Positions 31,104 through 41,371 of a DNA stretch of 64,000 bases are shown piece after piece. Position 1 is the stretch's first letter; every line of letters starts with the position of its first letter. The stretch is taken from NCBI GenBank assembly GCA_963826825.1, contig CAWGYV010000016.1, positions 414,771-478,770 of the forward strand, given 5' to 3'. Made by a program: the position numbers and the translations under genes. The notes below the pieces were generated by a model. It was given only the letters and a program-made list of their open reading frames with translations. It made no database searches and had not been told where the DNA came from. The DNA is from an uncultured Acidimicrobiia bacterium. GTDB taxonomy: Bacteria; Actinomycetota; Acidimicrobiia; Spongiisociales; DATADW01.

Positions 31104-31716
31104 TCAATCGAGCGACGGAGCGGGGTCCACCCCCACTGGAAACTTCTCGTTTATCAGCATGAACGGCAGCCCATCGTGGACCACCCGGTAGGTGCGGGCG
31201 ATGAACTCGCCCAGCCCTCCGAGCCCTTCGGGCGGAACGGCATTGCGCTCCCGCCCGTACCAGAGGATGTCGCGCCTCGTCTCGAGACCGGCATCGTTCA
31301 TGATCCTGCCGAGCCCACCGGGGTGGGTGGCCAGTTCATCCTGGACGCTGCTCGGAAGCCGCTCGGCGACCAGGAGCGAGGCGGCGTGGGCGAACACGAC
31401 ACCACGCAATGTGCCTCGTGAGCAGCACCTCGCGGGCGATCACCCTTGTCCCGGCGGGAGCCTCGAGCCATTCGTGGTCGGCAGGGAGGACCAACTCCTC
31501 CTGCGACAACCGCTCGACCACGACCGGCTCCATGGTGAAGGCCTCGATGAACTTCGTCACCGTGCCGTCGATCACCAGCAGCGACCGGTAGAAGGGGCTC
31601 AACGCCCTGAAATTGACCGGCTGAAGCGTCTCCGGCCGGGCGAACTGGGCGACGAACACCTCGGCGGCGGGATCGAACCCGGCGGTGGTGCCGACAGCGG
31701 AGCTTTGGTGACCCAT
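31104..31716 (-). CDS. Chorismate pyruvate-lyase family protein (DUF98, Rv2949c-like; frame break ~31400)
   Basis: LLVIDGTVTKFIEAFTMEPVVVERL, VFAHAASLLVAERLP and FIARTYRVVHDGLPFMLINEKF align by eye with my memory of the mycobacterial chorismate pyruvate-lyase. Confidence 0.65.
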
Positions 31717-31717
31717 C

Positions 31718-33435
31718 TCAGCTCACCTGAACCTGCTGAAGCTCACCCGACTGGTACATCCGCTTGAAGTGGCTGTGACGGCGCTTGCCGCTCGAGGTCT
31801 TGGTGAGCGTGCCCGTCGGGACCAGCACGACGTCGACATTGATGCCCAGCCTGAGGAAGCTCTGGCGGCGAATCTCGCCGGCGATCTCGTCGGCGGGACG
31901 GGGCATGGGGTCGGTCACCTCGCTGACGACGACGACCCGCTGCGTCCCTTGGCCGCTCTCGTCCATACCAAAGGCGGCGAAACACCCCTTGCGCAGCCCC
32001 TGCACCTCGAGGAGGAAAGGCTCGAAATCGCTCGGGTCGAATTTCTTCCCCCGGACCGTGATCCGCTCCCGGACCCGACCGGCCCAGTAGAGCTCGTCGT
32101 CGCGCATGTAACCCAGGTCGCCTGTACGGAGAAGTTCGCCATGGATCGCCCGCTTGGTGGCCTCGGCGTTCTTCAGGTAGCCGTTCATCCGGGAAGCGGT
32201 GTCGAGGGCGATCTCGCCGACGTGACCCTCGGGGAGTGGCTCGCCGCGGGGCGAGAGGATCTGGATCTTGATCCCCGGATGGGGCTCGACCCGATCCGAC
32301 GATGCTCACCGCCTTCTCGTCGGTGGGGTCGACGATCCGCGCCGTCCGCGCCTCCGGCCAGGGCGTCGCGGTCCACGAACTCAACCCGGTACGGCTCCCC
32401 GGGACGGGTGAAGGTGGCACCGCCGATGTTCTCGGCGCAGCCGAAGTTGGTGCGCAGCCGGTCCCATGGCACTCCGAAGCTCTCGAACCGGCGGTGGAAC
32501 TCGACGAACGTCTCGTGGTGGATGCGCTCGGCGGCGTTCCACCAGCCGCGTACCCCGCTGAGATCGACACCCTCGATATCGCTGTCCTTGACCCTCTGTG
32601 CCGCCAGGGCGTACCCGAAGTTGGGCGACCAGGTGACGGTCGCGCCGGTGCGCTGCACTCCCTGGAGCCATGCCGCCGGCGACTTGACGAAGTCGTGGGG
32701 GCTCATCAACACCAGGGGGATGCCGGTGGCCATGCAGGTGAGGAAGTTGTTGACCAGACCCATGTCGTGATACAGCGGGGTCCAGTTGAAGAAGACGTCC
32801 TGGTCGGTCAGCTCCATGGCGGCCACCATCCCGTCGATGGCGGCGGTGAGCGCATGGTGCTCCCAAACACAGACCTTGGGGAGACCGGTCGTCCCCGAGG
32901 TGAGCTGGTACGCAACGACCTCGGAGGGGTCGGGGAGGTGACGGGGGACGGCGTCCACGTCGGGAGCGCCCAGCGCCTCGTCCTCGGAGAAGAGCCAGCG
33001 CGTCGAGCGTCGGACCCGTTCCAACTGATCGCGGTCGCGGGCCATCGAAGCCGGCGCCACCACCAGTTGCGCCTCGGTGCGGCGCACCGTCGCCGAGAGC
33101 ACCCTGGGCAGGTCGGAGTTGGCACCGAGCAGCGAAGGTGGCGCCACCAGAAGAGGACGGGCGCCCAGGAGCAGCGAGCCGAGCACCAACGTGGCCGCCG
33201 GCTCTGCGCTGCTGAGCACGATGACGACGGCGTCGCCCTGGCCTACACCTAGCTCTGCCATTCGCCCCGCCGACCCGGCGGCGGCAGCGTGGACCTCGGA
33301 GTAGGTGCGCCAGGTGGTCGTGCCGTCGGGTTGGTAGAAGGCGAGGGCGCGCTGCTCGGGAGCGCGCTCCAGACGCTCGTAGAGCCGCGCCGGCACGGTC
33401 TCGGGGAGGATGCTTGTGCGTATCACGGGGCTCAC
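31718..33435 (-). CDS. Fatty-acyl/aryl-AMP ligase (FAAL-like adenylating enzyme; frame breaks ~32345 and ~32283)
   Basis: It carries YQLTSGTTGLPKV and the FAAL-typical WTPLYHDMGLV. Shifted frames give ARIVDPTDEKAVSIVGSGR and PHPGIKIQILSPRGEPLPEGHVGEIAL. The C-terminus carries TGDLGY and TSSGKRRH. Confidence 0.82.
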
Positions 33436-33439
33436 CTCG

Positions 33440-34456
33440 TCAAAGGGTCCGGCCGATGGCCACCGATATCCGGCGGCACTCCTCGACCAGGTTGGAAAGC
33501 TGATCGGGGGTCACCGACTGGTCACCGTCGGACAGAGCCTGCTCCGGGTTCTGGTGCATCTCGATGAGCAGCCCGTCGGCCCCGCTGGCGATGGCGGCAC
33601 GCGCCATGGCCGTCACCAGCGAGCGCCGTCCGGTGGCGTGGCTCGGGTCGACCACCACCGGGAGGTGGCTCAACTCCTTGAGCACCGGGATGGCGTTGAG
33701 GTCGAGAGTGTTGCGGGTCGCCGTCTCGAACGTGCGGATCCCCCTCTCGCAGAGGATCACGTTGGTGTTCCCCTGCGACATGATGTACTCGGCGGAGAGC
33801 AGCAGCTCCTCGATCGTGGACATCATGCCCCGCTTGAGCAGGACCGGCTTGGGCTGACGGCCCGCAGCGAAGAGCAGATGGAAGTTCTGCATGTTGCGGG
33901 TACCGATCTGGAGGATGTCGGCGTACTCGGATACCAGCGGTACCGTCTCGGATGACATCACCTCGGTGATCACCGGCATCCCGGTGAGGTCCCGCGCCTC
34001 GGCGAGGATCTTGAGCCCCTCCTCGGCCATGCCCTGAAAGCTGTATGGCGAGGTTCTGGGCTTGAAGGCGCCGCCGCGGAGGACGGTGGCGCCGGCCTTC
34101 TGGGCGTGGATGGCGGCCTCGATCAGCAGGTCGCGGCTCTCGACCGAGCATGGCCCGGACATCACCACAACCTCTTCTCCGCCGATGACGACGCCGCCGC
34201 CGAGATCGATCTGGGTGGGCTCGGGCCGGTATTCACGGCTGGCCAGCCGGTAGGCGCGCTTGGTTGGGAGCACCCGCTCCACACCGCGCAACCCGGTGAA
34301 CGCCGACGGCGTCGCGTCGTCGAAGGAGCCCAGGATTCCGATGAGGACCTGGCCGCCGTCCTCGGAAACATGCGACTTGAGACCGAGGCTGTGGACCCGG
34401 GCCACGACGTACTCGACGTCCGCACGGGTCGCCGCCATCTTCATCTTGATGATCAT
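33440..34456 (-). CDS. aroF: 3-deoxy-7-phosphoheptulonate (DAHP) synthase, type I-beta with N-terminal regulatory domain
   Basis: The ORF is intact. It carries [38 protein letters not shown] and [11 protein letters not shown]. The start is [17 protein letters not shown] at 34456. Confidence 0.88.
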   Translation of the reverse strand: MIIKMKMAATRADVEYVVARVHSLGLKSHVSEDGGQVLIGILGSFDDATPSAFTGLRGVERVLPTKRAYRLASREYRPEPTQIDLGGGVVIGGEEVVVMSGPCSVESRDLLIEAAIHAQKAGATVLRGGAFKPRTSPYSFQGMAEEGLKILAEARDLTGMPVITEVMSSETVPLVSEYADILQIGTRNMQNFHLLFAAGRQPKPVLLKRGMMSTIEELLLSAEYIMSQGNTNVILCERGIRTFETATRNTLDLNAIPVLKELSHLPVVVDPSHATGRRSLVTAMARAAIASGADGLLIEMHQNPEQALSDGDQSVTPDQLSNLVEECRRISVAIGRTL

Positions 34457-34675
34457 GCTTGCCGTTCTCCCCGACACTCGGACCCGGTCCGGTCCGCTCC
34501 ATTGGCATGCCCTCTCCGGGCATCCTGGAGCCGGCCGAAATGCCGGATCGCCCCTTCCCCGCAGTCATCGACTTGCGGGGGTCGGACCGGCTGCTGCTGC
34601 CACGCGCCCCGACCGTTGTCGATATCGGCACCGTCAGCGGGCAACTGAACAGGAAACTCCTGGTCAGGTCACACC

Positions 34676-35159
34676 CTATTCGACCGGGCAGGCCCGTTGC
34701 TCGGGGCCTCGTTGGGCGTGGTCTTCCCAGAACCTGGCGATGGCCGCGGTGTCGGCACCGTCGAGCCGCAGCATCACCGTCCACGCGGTGGCGACCACCG
34801 GCGCCGGCATGCCTGCCCTCGGGGCGATGATGACGTGGCTGCCCAGGTCGTCGGCGAGGCCCCGCAGCGCGGCGAGATCCTCTTCGTGCCAGGTCCGGGT
34901 CGTGCTGCACCACGACGACCCCGTGCTCCAGATCGTGCACCTGGACCACGTCGGGTATCGGCTCATCGTGTACCCCGCAACGCGACCACACCGGAGCGTG
35001 CGCCCCGCTCGTGGGTGGATCCGTCCCGTACTCAGGGAGAGGGTCACCGGCGGACAGGTGGTCGCGGCCCTCGTCGGGAAACTGCTCCACCGAACCGCTC
35101 GCAGCGCTGGCGGAACAGGCGGCGACTGCGACCAGCAGAATCGCCCCGAGGCGGATCAC
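34676..35159 (-). CDS. DUF3105-like secreted protein (frame break ~34890)
   Basis: A signal peptide (MIRLGAILLVAVAACSASA) is followed by YGTDPPTSGAHAPVW and VHDLEHGVVVVQHDP. After a shift it reads LGSHVIIAPRAGMPAPVVATAW. Confidence 0.6.
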
Positions 35160-35934
35160 CGGCCGCGAAAGGCCGGGTCACGCCCTTCGAGAAAGGCGGC
35201 GACACCTTCCGCAACGTCCTCCGTGCCGAGGCTGATCGCCTGGGCATGGGACTCGTGGGCCAGCATCTGCTCGAAGGTGGCGCCGAGCGAGCGGTCGAGT
35301 CCCTGCTTGATGAAGGATTGCGCCAGCGGGGCGCCTGCGGCGAGGCTCTCGGCCAGCTCGGTCACCACGACCTCCAACTCCCCTGGCTCCACGACCTCGA
35401 GCACCAAGCCGATTCGGCGCGCCTCGTCGGCCTCGACCATCCGACCGGTCAGCGCCAGTTCCTTGGCTCGTCTGCAGCCCGACGATCCGGGGCAGCAGCC
35501 AGGTGCCCGCGAAGTCGACCGCAAGACCGCGCTGGACGAAGAGCTCGGCGAACCGGGCCCGAGACGAGGCGACGACGAGGTCGCACCCCAGTGCCAGGTT
35601 CATCCCGGCACCAACGGCAGCACCATCGACCGCCGCCACAGTCGGCTTGGTCAGCCGGTGCAGCGATCGCGCCGCTGCGGCCACGGTCTGCAGCCGCTCG
35701 TAACGGTCTCGGTGCGAACCGAGCCCACTGCTGATGCCCGAGGCGGACAAGTCGGCGCCCGAGCAGAAGGCTCCACCTGCTCCGGTGATGACGAGCACAC
35801 GCTGGTCGGCCCGAGGAGAAGTCGTCGAACGCCTCGGCCAGTCCCACCCACCCGTCGGGCGGTATGGCGTTGCGGCGCTCCGGTCGGTCGAGGGTGAGCC
35901 ACCGCACAGGTCCGCGGTCCTCGATGGTCAGCAT
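35156..35934 (-). CDS. Enoyl-CoA hydratase/isomerase family (frame breaks ~35800 and ~35490)
   Basis: MLTIEDRGPVRWLTLDRPERRNAI / VLVITGAGGAFCSGADL...KPTVAAVDGAAVGAGMNLALGCDL / AKELALTGRMVEADEARRIGLV lie in three frames. Confidence 0.82.
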
Positions 35935-35940
35935 GGCTGG

Positions 35941-35989
35941 GACGGTAGACGGCGGACGGCGGACGGCGGACGGCGGACGGCAGACGGCG
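35941..35989. repeat. 7 x 7-bp tandem repeat GACGG(C/T)(G/A) in a divergent intergenic region
   Basis: The units are gacggta gacggcg gacggcg gacggcg gacggcg gacggca gacggcg. The array lies 7 nt from the enoyl-CoA hydratase ATG (minus strand) and 34-82 nt upstream of the CMD-family TTG start (plus strand). Confidence 0.95.
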
Positions 35990-36022
35990 GCCAGAATCGG
36001 ACAATACGGACAAGGAGGGTCT

Positions 36023-36607
36023 TTGGCCTTCATCGACTTGCTCTCGGAACGGAGCAGGCGGCTGACGCGGTTGGGGCTGCCTGCCGGGGAGGAGGTGCCC
36101 AATTACGCACGGTTGGGCGCGCTCCATCCCGATGCTTATGCGGGGTGGGAGGCGCTGATCGCCGCCATCAGGGAGGGAATGGACCGGCGGCGTTACGAGC
36201 TCGCCACGGTGGCGGCGGCGAAGCGACTCGGCTCGAGTTACTGCTCGCTTGCCCATGGCAAGGTGCTCGCTGAGCGGTTCTACGACCCCGATCAGGTACG
36301 CGCCATCTACTCCGATCGGACATCCGCTGGGCTCGACGAAGTGGACGTGGCGGTGATGGATCTTGCCGAGAAGGTGGCCGCCGATGCGACCTCGGTCGGC
36401 GAGAGGGACATCAAGCTGCTGTTGGAACTCGGGCTGAGCGAGCGTGACGTGCTCGACGTCGTGCTCGCCGCCGCCGCACGCAGCTTCTTCACCAAGCTCT
36501 TGGACGCCATGGGTGTCGCCCCGGACGGCTCATACCGCCGGCTCGACGCCGACCTCGTCGAAACACTCACCGTGGGACATCCCATCGAAGGGGCTGCTCC
36601 CCTCTAA
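36023..36607 (+). CDS. Carboxymuconolactone decarboxylase (AhpD-like) family protein
   Basis: TTG start at 36023, 4 nt after AAGGAGG (36012..36018). RYELATVAAAKRLGSSYCSLAHGKVL and DVVLAAAARSFFTKLLDAMG are present. The longer ORF-track N-terminus is rejected. Confidence 0.6.
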   Translation: MAFIDLLSERSRRLTRLGLPAGEEVPNYARLGALHPDAYAGWEALIAAIREGMDRRRYELATVAAAKRLGSSYCSLAHGKVLAERFYDPDQVRAIYSDRTSAGLDEVDVAVMDLAEKVAADATSVGERDIKLLLELGLSERDVLDVVLAAAARSFFTKLLDAMGVAPDGSYRRLDADLVETLTVGHPIEGAAPL

Positions 36608-36616
36608 CCTCTGCCT

Positions 36617-36730
36617 GTGGGCTTCAACCCGTTCCGTCAGCAGCGGCACAACGGCGCCGATGTGGCGATCGTCGTCATGGCGGTTCTGGTCACGGCGGCA
36701 GTGGTGGCGTGGGCGCTGCTCGGAGGGTGA
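36617..36730 (+). CDS. Possible 37-aa single-TM small protein
   Basis: My own translation is VGFNPFRQQRHNGADVAIVVMAVLVTAAVVAWALLGG-stop. The stop overlaps the next GTG (GTGA). It is not in the ORF track because it is under 60 aa. Confidence 0.35.
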   Translation: MGFNPFRQQRHNGADVAIVVMAVLVTAAVVAWALLGG

Positions 36731-36945
36731 GCGGGAAGGGCTGGCCCCAAGCCGAGGTGGTCACGCCGGTCCAGCCGCACGCCGCCCGAAAGTCGTACGT
36801 CTGCCCGGGTTGCGAGAGCCTCATCCCCCCCGGGACCTACCACGTGGTGGTGGTCCCCGAGGACGCACCCGACCTGCGCCGTCACTGGCATCGGGGCTGC
36901 TGGTACCGGGAGCAAAGGCGGCGGCACGGGACCGCTCCCAGCTAG
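36727..36945 (+). CDS. Small Cys-rich zinc-ribbon-like protein
   Basis: VSGKGWPQAEVVTPVQPHAARKSYVCPGCESLIPPGTYHVVVVPEDAPDLRRHWHRGCW contains the pattern CPGC...H..C. The ORF track gives the start at 36709. Confidence 0.5.
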   Translation: MSGKGWPQAEVVTPVQPHAARKSYVCPGCESLIPPGTYHVVVVPEDAPDLRRHWHRGCWYREQRRRHGTAPS

Positions 36946-37273
36946 CCCACCCCGGGGACCCAGCGCAACTCCACCGATTCTTCTCCCATCGTCACCGCCA
37001 ACAGGTCGATCCGGGTCGCCCCGAGCGCCGGGCGAGGGCGCGCAGCCGGTCGAGTTTGGTCGGAGTGATATGGGCCGCAGCGGTGATCCCCCCCTCTGTC
37101 CGGGAGACGGTCTTCACCTCGACCACCACGGTGGCATTGCCGATCCTGGCGAGGAGATCCACCTCGGACCTGCCGACCCTCCTGTTCCGCTCCACGATGG
37201 CGGCGCCGCGGCGGATCAGGAAGTCGGCGGCGAGCGTCTCGCCGATCGCACCGAGCTCGGTGCGCCCCCGGAT
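36942..37273 (-). CDS. yraN: YraN-family (UPF0102) endonuclease-like protein (frame break ~37030; start codon not identified)
   Basis: It carries ELGAIGETLAADFLIRRGAAIVERNRRVGRSEVDLLAR and VVVEVKT. The C-terminus, recovered by a shift, reads GATRIDLLAVTMGEESVELRWVPGVG-stop at 36942. There is no canonical start downstream of the DUF2469 stop. Confidence 0.7.
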
Positions 37274-37278
37274 GCCGG

Positions 37279-37575
37279 TTAGAGCCGGACCCCTGGCTCG
37301 AGCTGCTCGATGTTGACGTCGCGAAAGGTCATCACCCGGACGTTCTGGAGGAATCTGGCCGGGCGGTACATGTCCCAGACCCAGGCATCCTCCAATTCGA
37401 TCTCGAAGTACGTGGAGCCATCGACGTGGCGGGTGTTGATATCCACCTTGTTGGCCAGGTAGAAGCGCCGCTCCGTCTCGACCACGAACTTGAACATCGG
37501 GAGGACGTCGCGGTACTCCTTGTAGATCTGGAGCTCGACCTCGGTCTCGTACCTCTCCAGGTCCTCTTCGTTCAT
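37279..37575 (-). CDS. DUF2469 family protein (actinobacterial conserved)
   Basis: Intact, 98 aa: MNEEDLERYETEVELQIYKEYRDVLPMFKFVVETERRFYLANKVD. It sits in the conserved position beside yraN. Confidence 0.85.
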   Translation of the reverse strand: MNEEDLERYETEVELQIYKEYRDVLPMFKFVVETERRFYLANKVDINTRHVDGSTYFEIELEDAWVWDMYRPARFLQNVRVMTFRDVNIEQLEPGVRL

Positions 37576-37763
37576 CCCGCTTCTCCCGCGCCCCGTCTAA
37601 TCCTCCCCGTACACGCATCGCGCCCGAGCCGGGGTGGTGACCACGATCGTGGTCGGCGTTGCTGATACTACCCGCCGGCGGCTGGTTCGACCGCCTCGAT
37701 GGGGGGTTCATACCGGCAACCTCTACCACCGTGGTGCGACATCATCGGTACGGTGCGGCGCTC

Positions 37764-38983
37764 ATGGTCGTGACCGGCGAATCCACCGGCCGCCGCTTCG
37801 CCCTGGTGACCCTGCTCGCCCTGACGATGGCGGCGGGAACCTTCATCATCCCCGCCGTCGGCGTCCTCGCCTCCTCCGTCCGCCAGGATCTCGGGCTCGA
37901 GCTGTGGCAGGTCGGTCTGCTGGTCACCGGATCGCCGCTGGTCGGCGCCCTGCTTGCGCCGTCCTTGGGGAGAGTCACCGATCGGGTGGGAGGCAAGACG
38001 TCCATGGTTGCCACGTTGGGGCTGGGCGCGCTCACGCTCGCCCTGTTCGCTGCCAGCCCCACATTCCTGATCCTCGTCGGCGCCGCCCTCCTGACCGGGG
38101 TGAGCCAGGGTTGGGCCAACCCGGCGACCAACAAGGTCATCTCCCGCCACTACCCGCCTGGCGGCCGTGGCGTCGTCATCGGCATAAAGCAATCGGGGGT
38201 GCAGTTCGGCTCATTCCTCGCCGGGCTCGCTCTGCCGGCCGCGGCGCTCGCCCTGGGTTGGCGTGGGGCGTTGTTGGCGGCTTCGACCATCCCGCTGCTC
38301 GGGACGCTGTTGGCAACCATTTTCGTGCCCAACCGATCCGCCGGCGCCGCCGCTGGCCGACCGTGGCGAACGCCCTCCCCTCCCAGGCGAGGTCCGTTTC
38401 CTCGCCATCTACGGCTTTCTGCTGGGACTCACCGCCAGCGCCACCATCGCCTACACGGCGCTCTTCGCCGAGGACGTGCTCGGGCTGTCGCCGGCGACCG
38501 CCGGCGTGGTCGTCGCCGTTGCTGGGCTGGTGGGCGTTCTGGGACGGGTGGTGTGGGGAGGAGTCGCCGACGTTCGCGGTCGGCACATCGGAATCCTCGG
38601 GCTGCTCGGAGTCGATCGGGGCCGTCGCCGGATTGCTCATGGTCGGCGCCGCCACGATCGATCCGCGGCTCGTGTGGCCGGCAGCGGTAGCCACGGGTGC
38701 CGGGATCAACGCGTGGAACGCCGTGGGGATGCTGGCAGTGGTCTCGGTGGTGCCCGAGGAGGCGGCCGGCCACGCCTCGGGTGTGGTCCAGTTCGGTTTC
38801 CTCATGGGCCTCGCCCTCGGCGCCCCGATCTTTGGTGCCGTGGTCGACGCCACCGGCTCCTACCTGCCCGGTTGGCTCGGGGTGGTCTTCATCTGCCTGG
38901 TGGCATCGCTTCTGACCTTGCTCCGGCGCTCGCGCCGCTCGGCAGCTCTGAGTGGCCCGGCGGCTCAGGAGAATGGCCGCTGA
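37764..38983 (+). CDS. MFS transporter (frame breaks ~38350 and ~38590)
   Basis: TM-rich pieces lie in three frames: FALVTLLALTMAAGTFIIPAVG..GRVTDRVGGK; FLAIYGFLLGLTASATIAYTALF; GAVAGLLMVGAATI...GWLGVVFICLVASLL. Confidence 0.78.
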
Positions 38984-38994
38984 GCTGCAAAGGC

Positions 38995-39709
38995 TCAGAG
39001 CCCTCCCCATCGAGATGGGGGCCAGATCCGGACGAAGGCCCGGCCGATCACCTCTTCGACCGGGATCGGGCCGAAGACCCGGCTGTCCTGTGAGTGCTCT
39101 CTGTTGTCACCCATGACGAACAACTCGCCGGGGCCGATCCGAACCGCCCGCTCGTTCGGGCATCACGGTCCCCGGTGGCAGGTACGGCTCATCGATCGGT
39201 TCCCCGTTCACCAGCACCCGGTTCCCGCGATCCTCACCGTGTCGCCTTCCACCGCGATCACCCGCTTGATGAAGTCGTCGGTGGCGGCGGTCCGCAGCCC
39301 GATGGCTTCAGCTATGTGCCGCAGGACCCCCTCGACCACCGACTCGTCGACTTCGGGGCCGTTGCTGTCGAAGACCACCACGTCCCCCCGCTGTGGGTTC
39401 GCCAAAGCGGTAGGCCAGCTTGTTGACCAGCACCCGGTCGTTGATCTCGAGCGTGGGGATCATCGAGCCGGACGGTATGTAGAACGCCTGGACCAGGAAG
39501 GTCTTGATCAAGACGGCCACGGCCAATGCCACCAGCACCAGGATGGGAAGCTCGGTGAGGAAGGACTTGGCACCCGACCGCTGTGGTTTCTCGTCCACGC
39601 GGACATGCCTGCCCGGGCCGGTGCGATCGGTGCCCTGCTCGGGTGTCACCACCCCGCCGGGTGCGGGCTCAGGTGGTGCGTCGCTCACGGATTCGAGCCG
39701 ATTTCCCAA
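38995..39709 (-). CDS. lepB: Signal peptidase I (at least 3 frame breaks)
   Basis: It carries [23 protein letters not shown] (catalytic Ser box), RGDVVVFD and [11 protein letters not shown]. My own translation of the C-terminus is [44 protein letters not shown]-stop at 38995. Confidence 0.85.
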
Positions 39710-40016
39710 CCCGATCGCGCAAGTAGTAGAGCTTGCCGCGCCGCACCGCTCCGTCGACGTGTCACCTCGATCTTCTGGATGATGGGGGCGTGCACCGGGA
39801 AGATCCGCTCGACACCGACGCAGAAGCTGATCTTGCGGACGGTGAAGGTGGCGTTGAGCCGGCTGCCGTCACGGGCGATGACCACCCCCTCGAACACCTG
39901 GACCCGTTCGCGTCCACCCTCGACCACTCTCACGTGCACCTTGACGGTGTCGCCCGGTCTGAAGTCGGGGACGTCGTCGCGCAGTTGCGCGCTCTGCACG
40001 TGCTCGAGGTCGTTCA
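39669..40016 (-). CDS. rplS: 50S ribosomal protein L19 (frame break ~39735)
   Basis: [85 protein letters not shown]. After a shift it reads [23 protein letters not shown]. The ORF track fuses it to trmD. Confidence 0.92.
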
Positions 40017-40151
40017 TCGGGGGAGGCTCCTTCGGGACGCGGCAGACAGGAGCGCCGCGGCGGGATCCAATGTTACCAGGTCGCCCACAAGCACCTTTCT
40101 GCGGCGCCTTTCGGCGACACCTTTCGGCGGCATCACGGTTTCGGCATCGCA

Positions 40152-40818
40152 TCAGGTTCCAAGGTCGGGACGGCGTTGCTCGGTCCGCTCGTTCCTCTGC
40201 TGCTACCCGCCACCGCTCGATCCTCCCGTGGTCGCCGCTGAGCAGCACCTCGGGGACCGCCCAGCCTCGATACTCGGCGGGCCGGGTGTACTGCGGCTCT
40301 TCCAACAGACCGGAGCGGAACGACTCGGTCTCTGTCGACACCGGGTTCCCGACGACACCAGGGAGCAATCGGGCGATGCCCTCGATCACCGCCATCGCCG
40401 CCGGCTCGCCGCCGGCGATGACGAAGTCGCCGAGGGAGATCTCCTCGTCGACCAGGTTGTCGGCCACTCGCTGGTCGACACCTTCGTAACGGCCGCAGAC
40501 CAGGGCGATGTGCTCGAGCCCGGCCCAGCGGTCGAGCGTCGCCTGGTCGAGCCTGGCACCCGCCGGCGAGAAGAGCACCTTGTGGGCATCCTCGAGACCG
40601 GCGAGGGCGAGGTCGATCGGCTCGACCATCATCACCATCCCGGCCCCGCCACCGAACGGGGCGTCGTCCACCTGACGGTGCCTGCCCAACCCGTGCTGGC
40701 GAAGATCGAGCAGATCCACCTGGAGAGCGCCGTGGGCGATCGCCCGGGCGACGACGCTCACACCGAGCGGCGATTCGAACCACCCGGGGAAGATGGTGAC
40801 CACCGAGACCCGCACCAT
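40152..40818 (-). CDS. trmD: tRNA (guanine37-N1)-methyltransferase (frame break ~40205 removes the native stop)
   Basis: [53 protein letters not shown] and [20 protein letters not shown] are present. The shifted tail [16 protein letters not shown] ends at a stop at 40152. Confidence 0.92.
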
Positions 40819-41371
40819 GCCGACGGTAGCGGCGGTAGGCTCGCCGTCCCGAAGCGGAGCAGCCAGGTGGAACCCGACGATCGAGACCCGATCAGCTGAG
40901 ACGGGAGACGAGGAAGCGCCAAGAGGCTGTCGAGACCGACGACTCTGCGGTCACCGCCGAGCCCGATTCGGCCACCTCCGGACCAGTCGTCTCAGGCATC
41001 GAGCAGATCGCCCACCGAAGCTTCCGAGACCGGTCTCACAGCCGCCGATGGCGGACACGACCTACCGGCGGTGACCGGCGTGCAGGTCGACGACCCCACG
41101 GTTCCGACACCCCTCCAGGATGACCAAACCAGCCCGGCCGCCGACGTCCCGGTGACCCCACGGCGAAGTGGCTGCCCCGACAGGCCGAACCCAGGCGACC
41201 TGACGGCGCACGCCGGCCGGCACGACGAGCCTCGGGGCCGGCGACGACGTCACCGTTGCGGCACCAGCGAGCAAGGACTGCCGCCCACGCAGCCGGCACC
41301 GATCGACCTTCCCTGGCCGAGCGCCGCCGAGGCACCCGCCGCCAGCAGCGAGGCGGCGGCTTGGAGCATGG

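Noticed and set aside
39685-40818. 377-aa ORF that appears to be a TrmD-L19 fusion protein
   Set aside because: A frame break near 40205 removes the native trmD stop (shifted tail ...RRPDLGT-stop at 40152). rplS has its own GGAG-ATG start at 40016. The fusion is an artefact.
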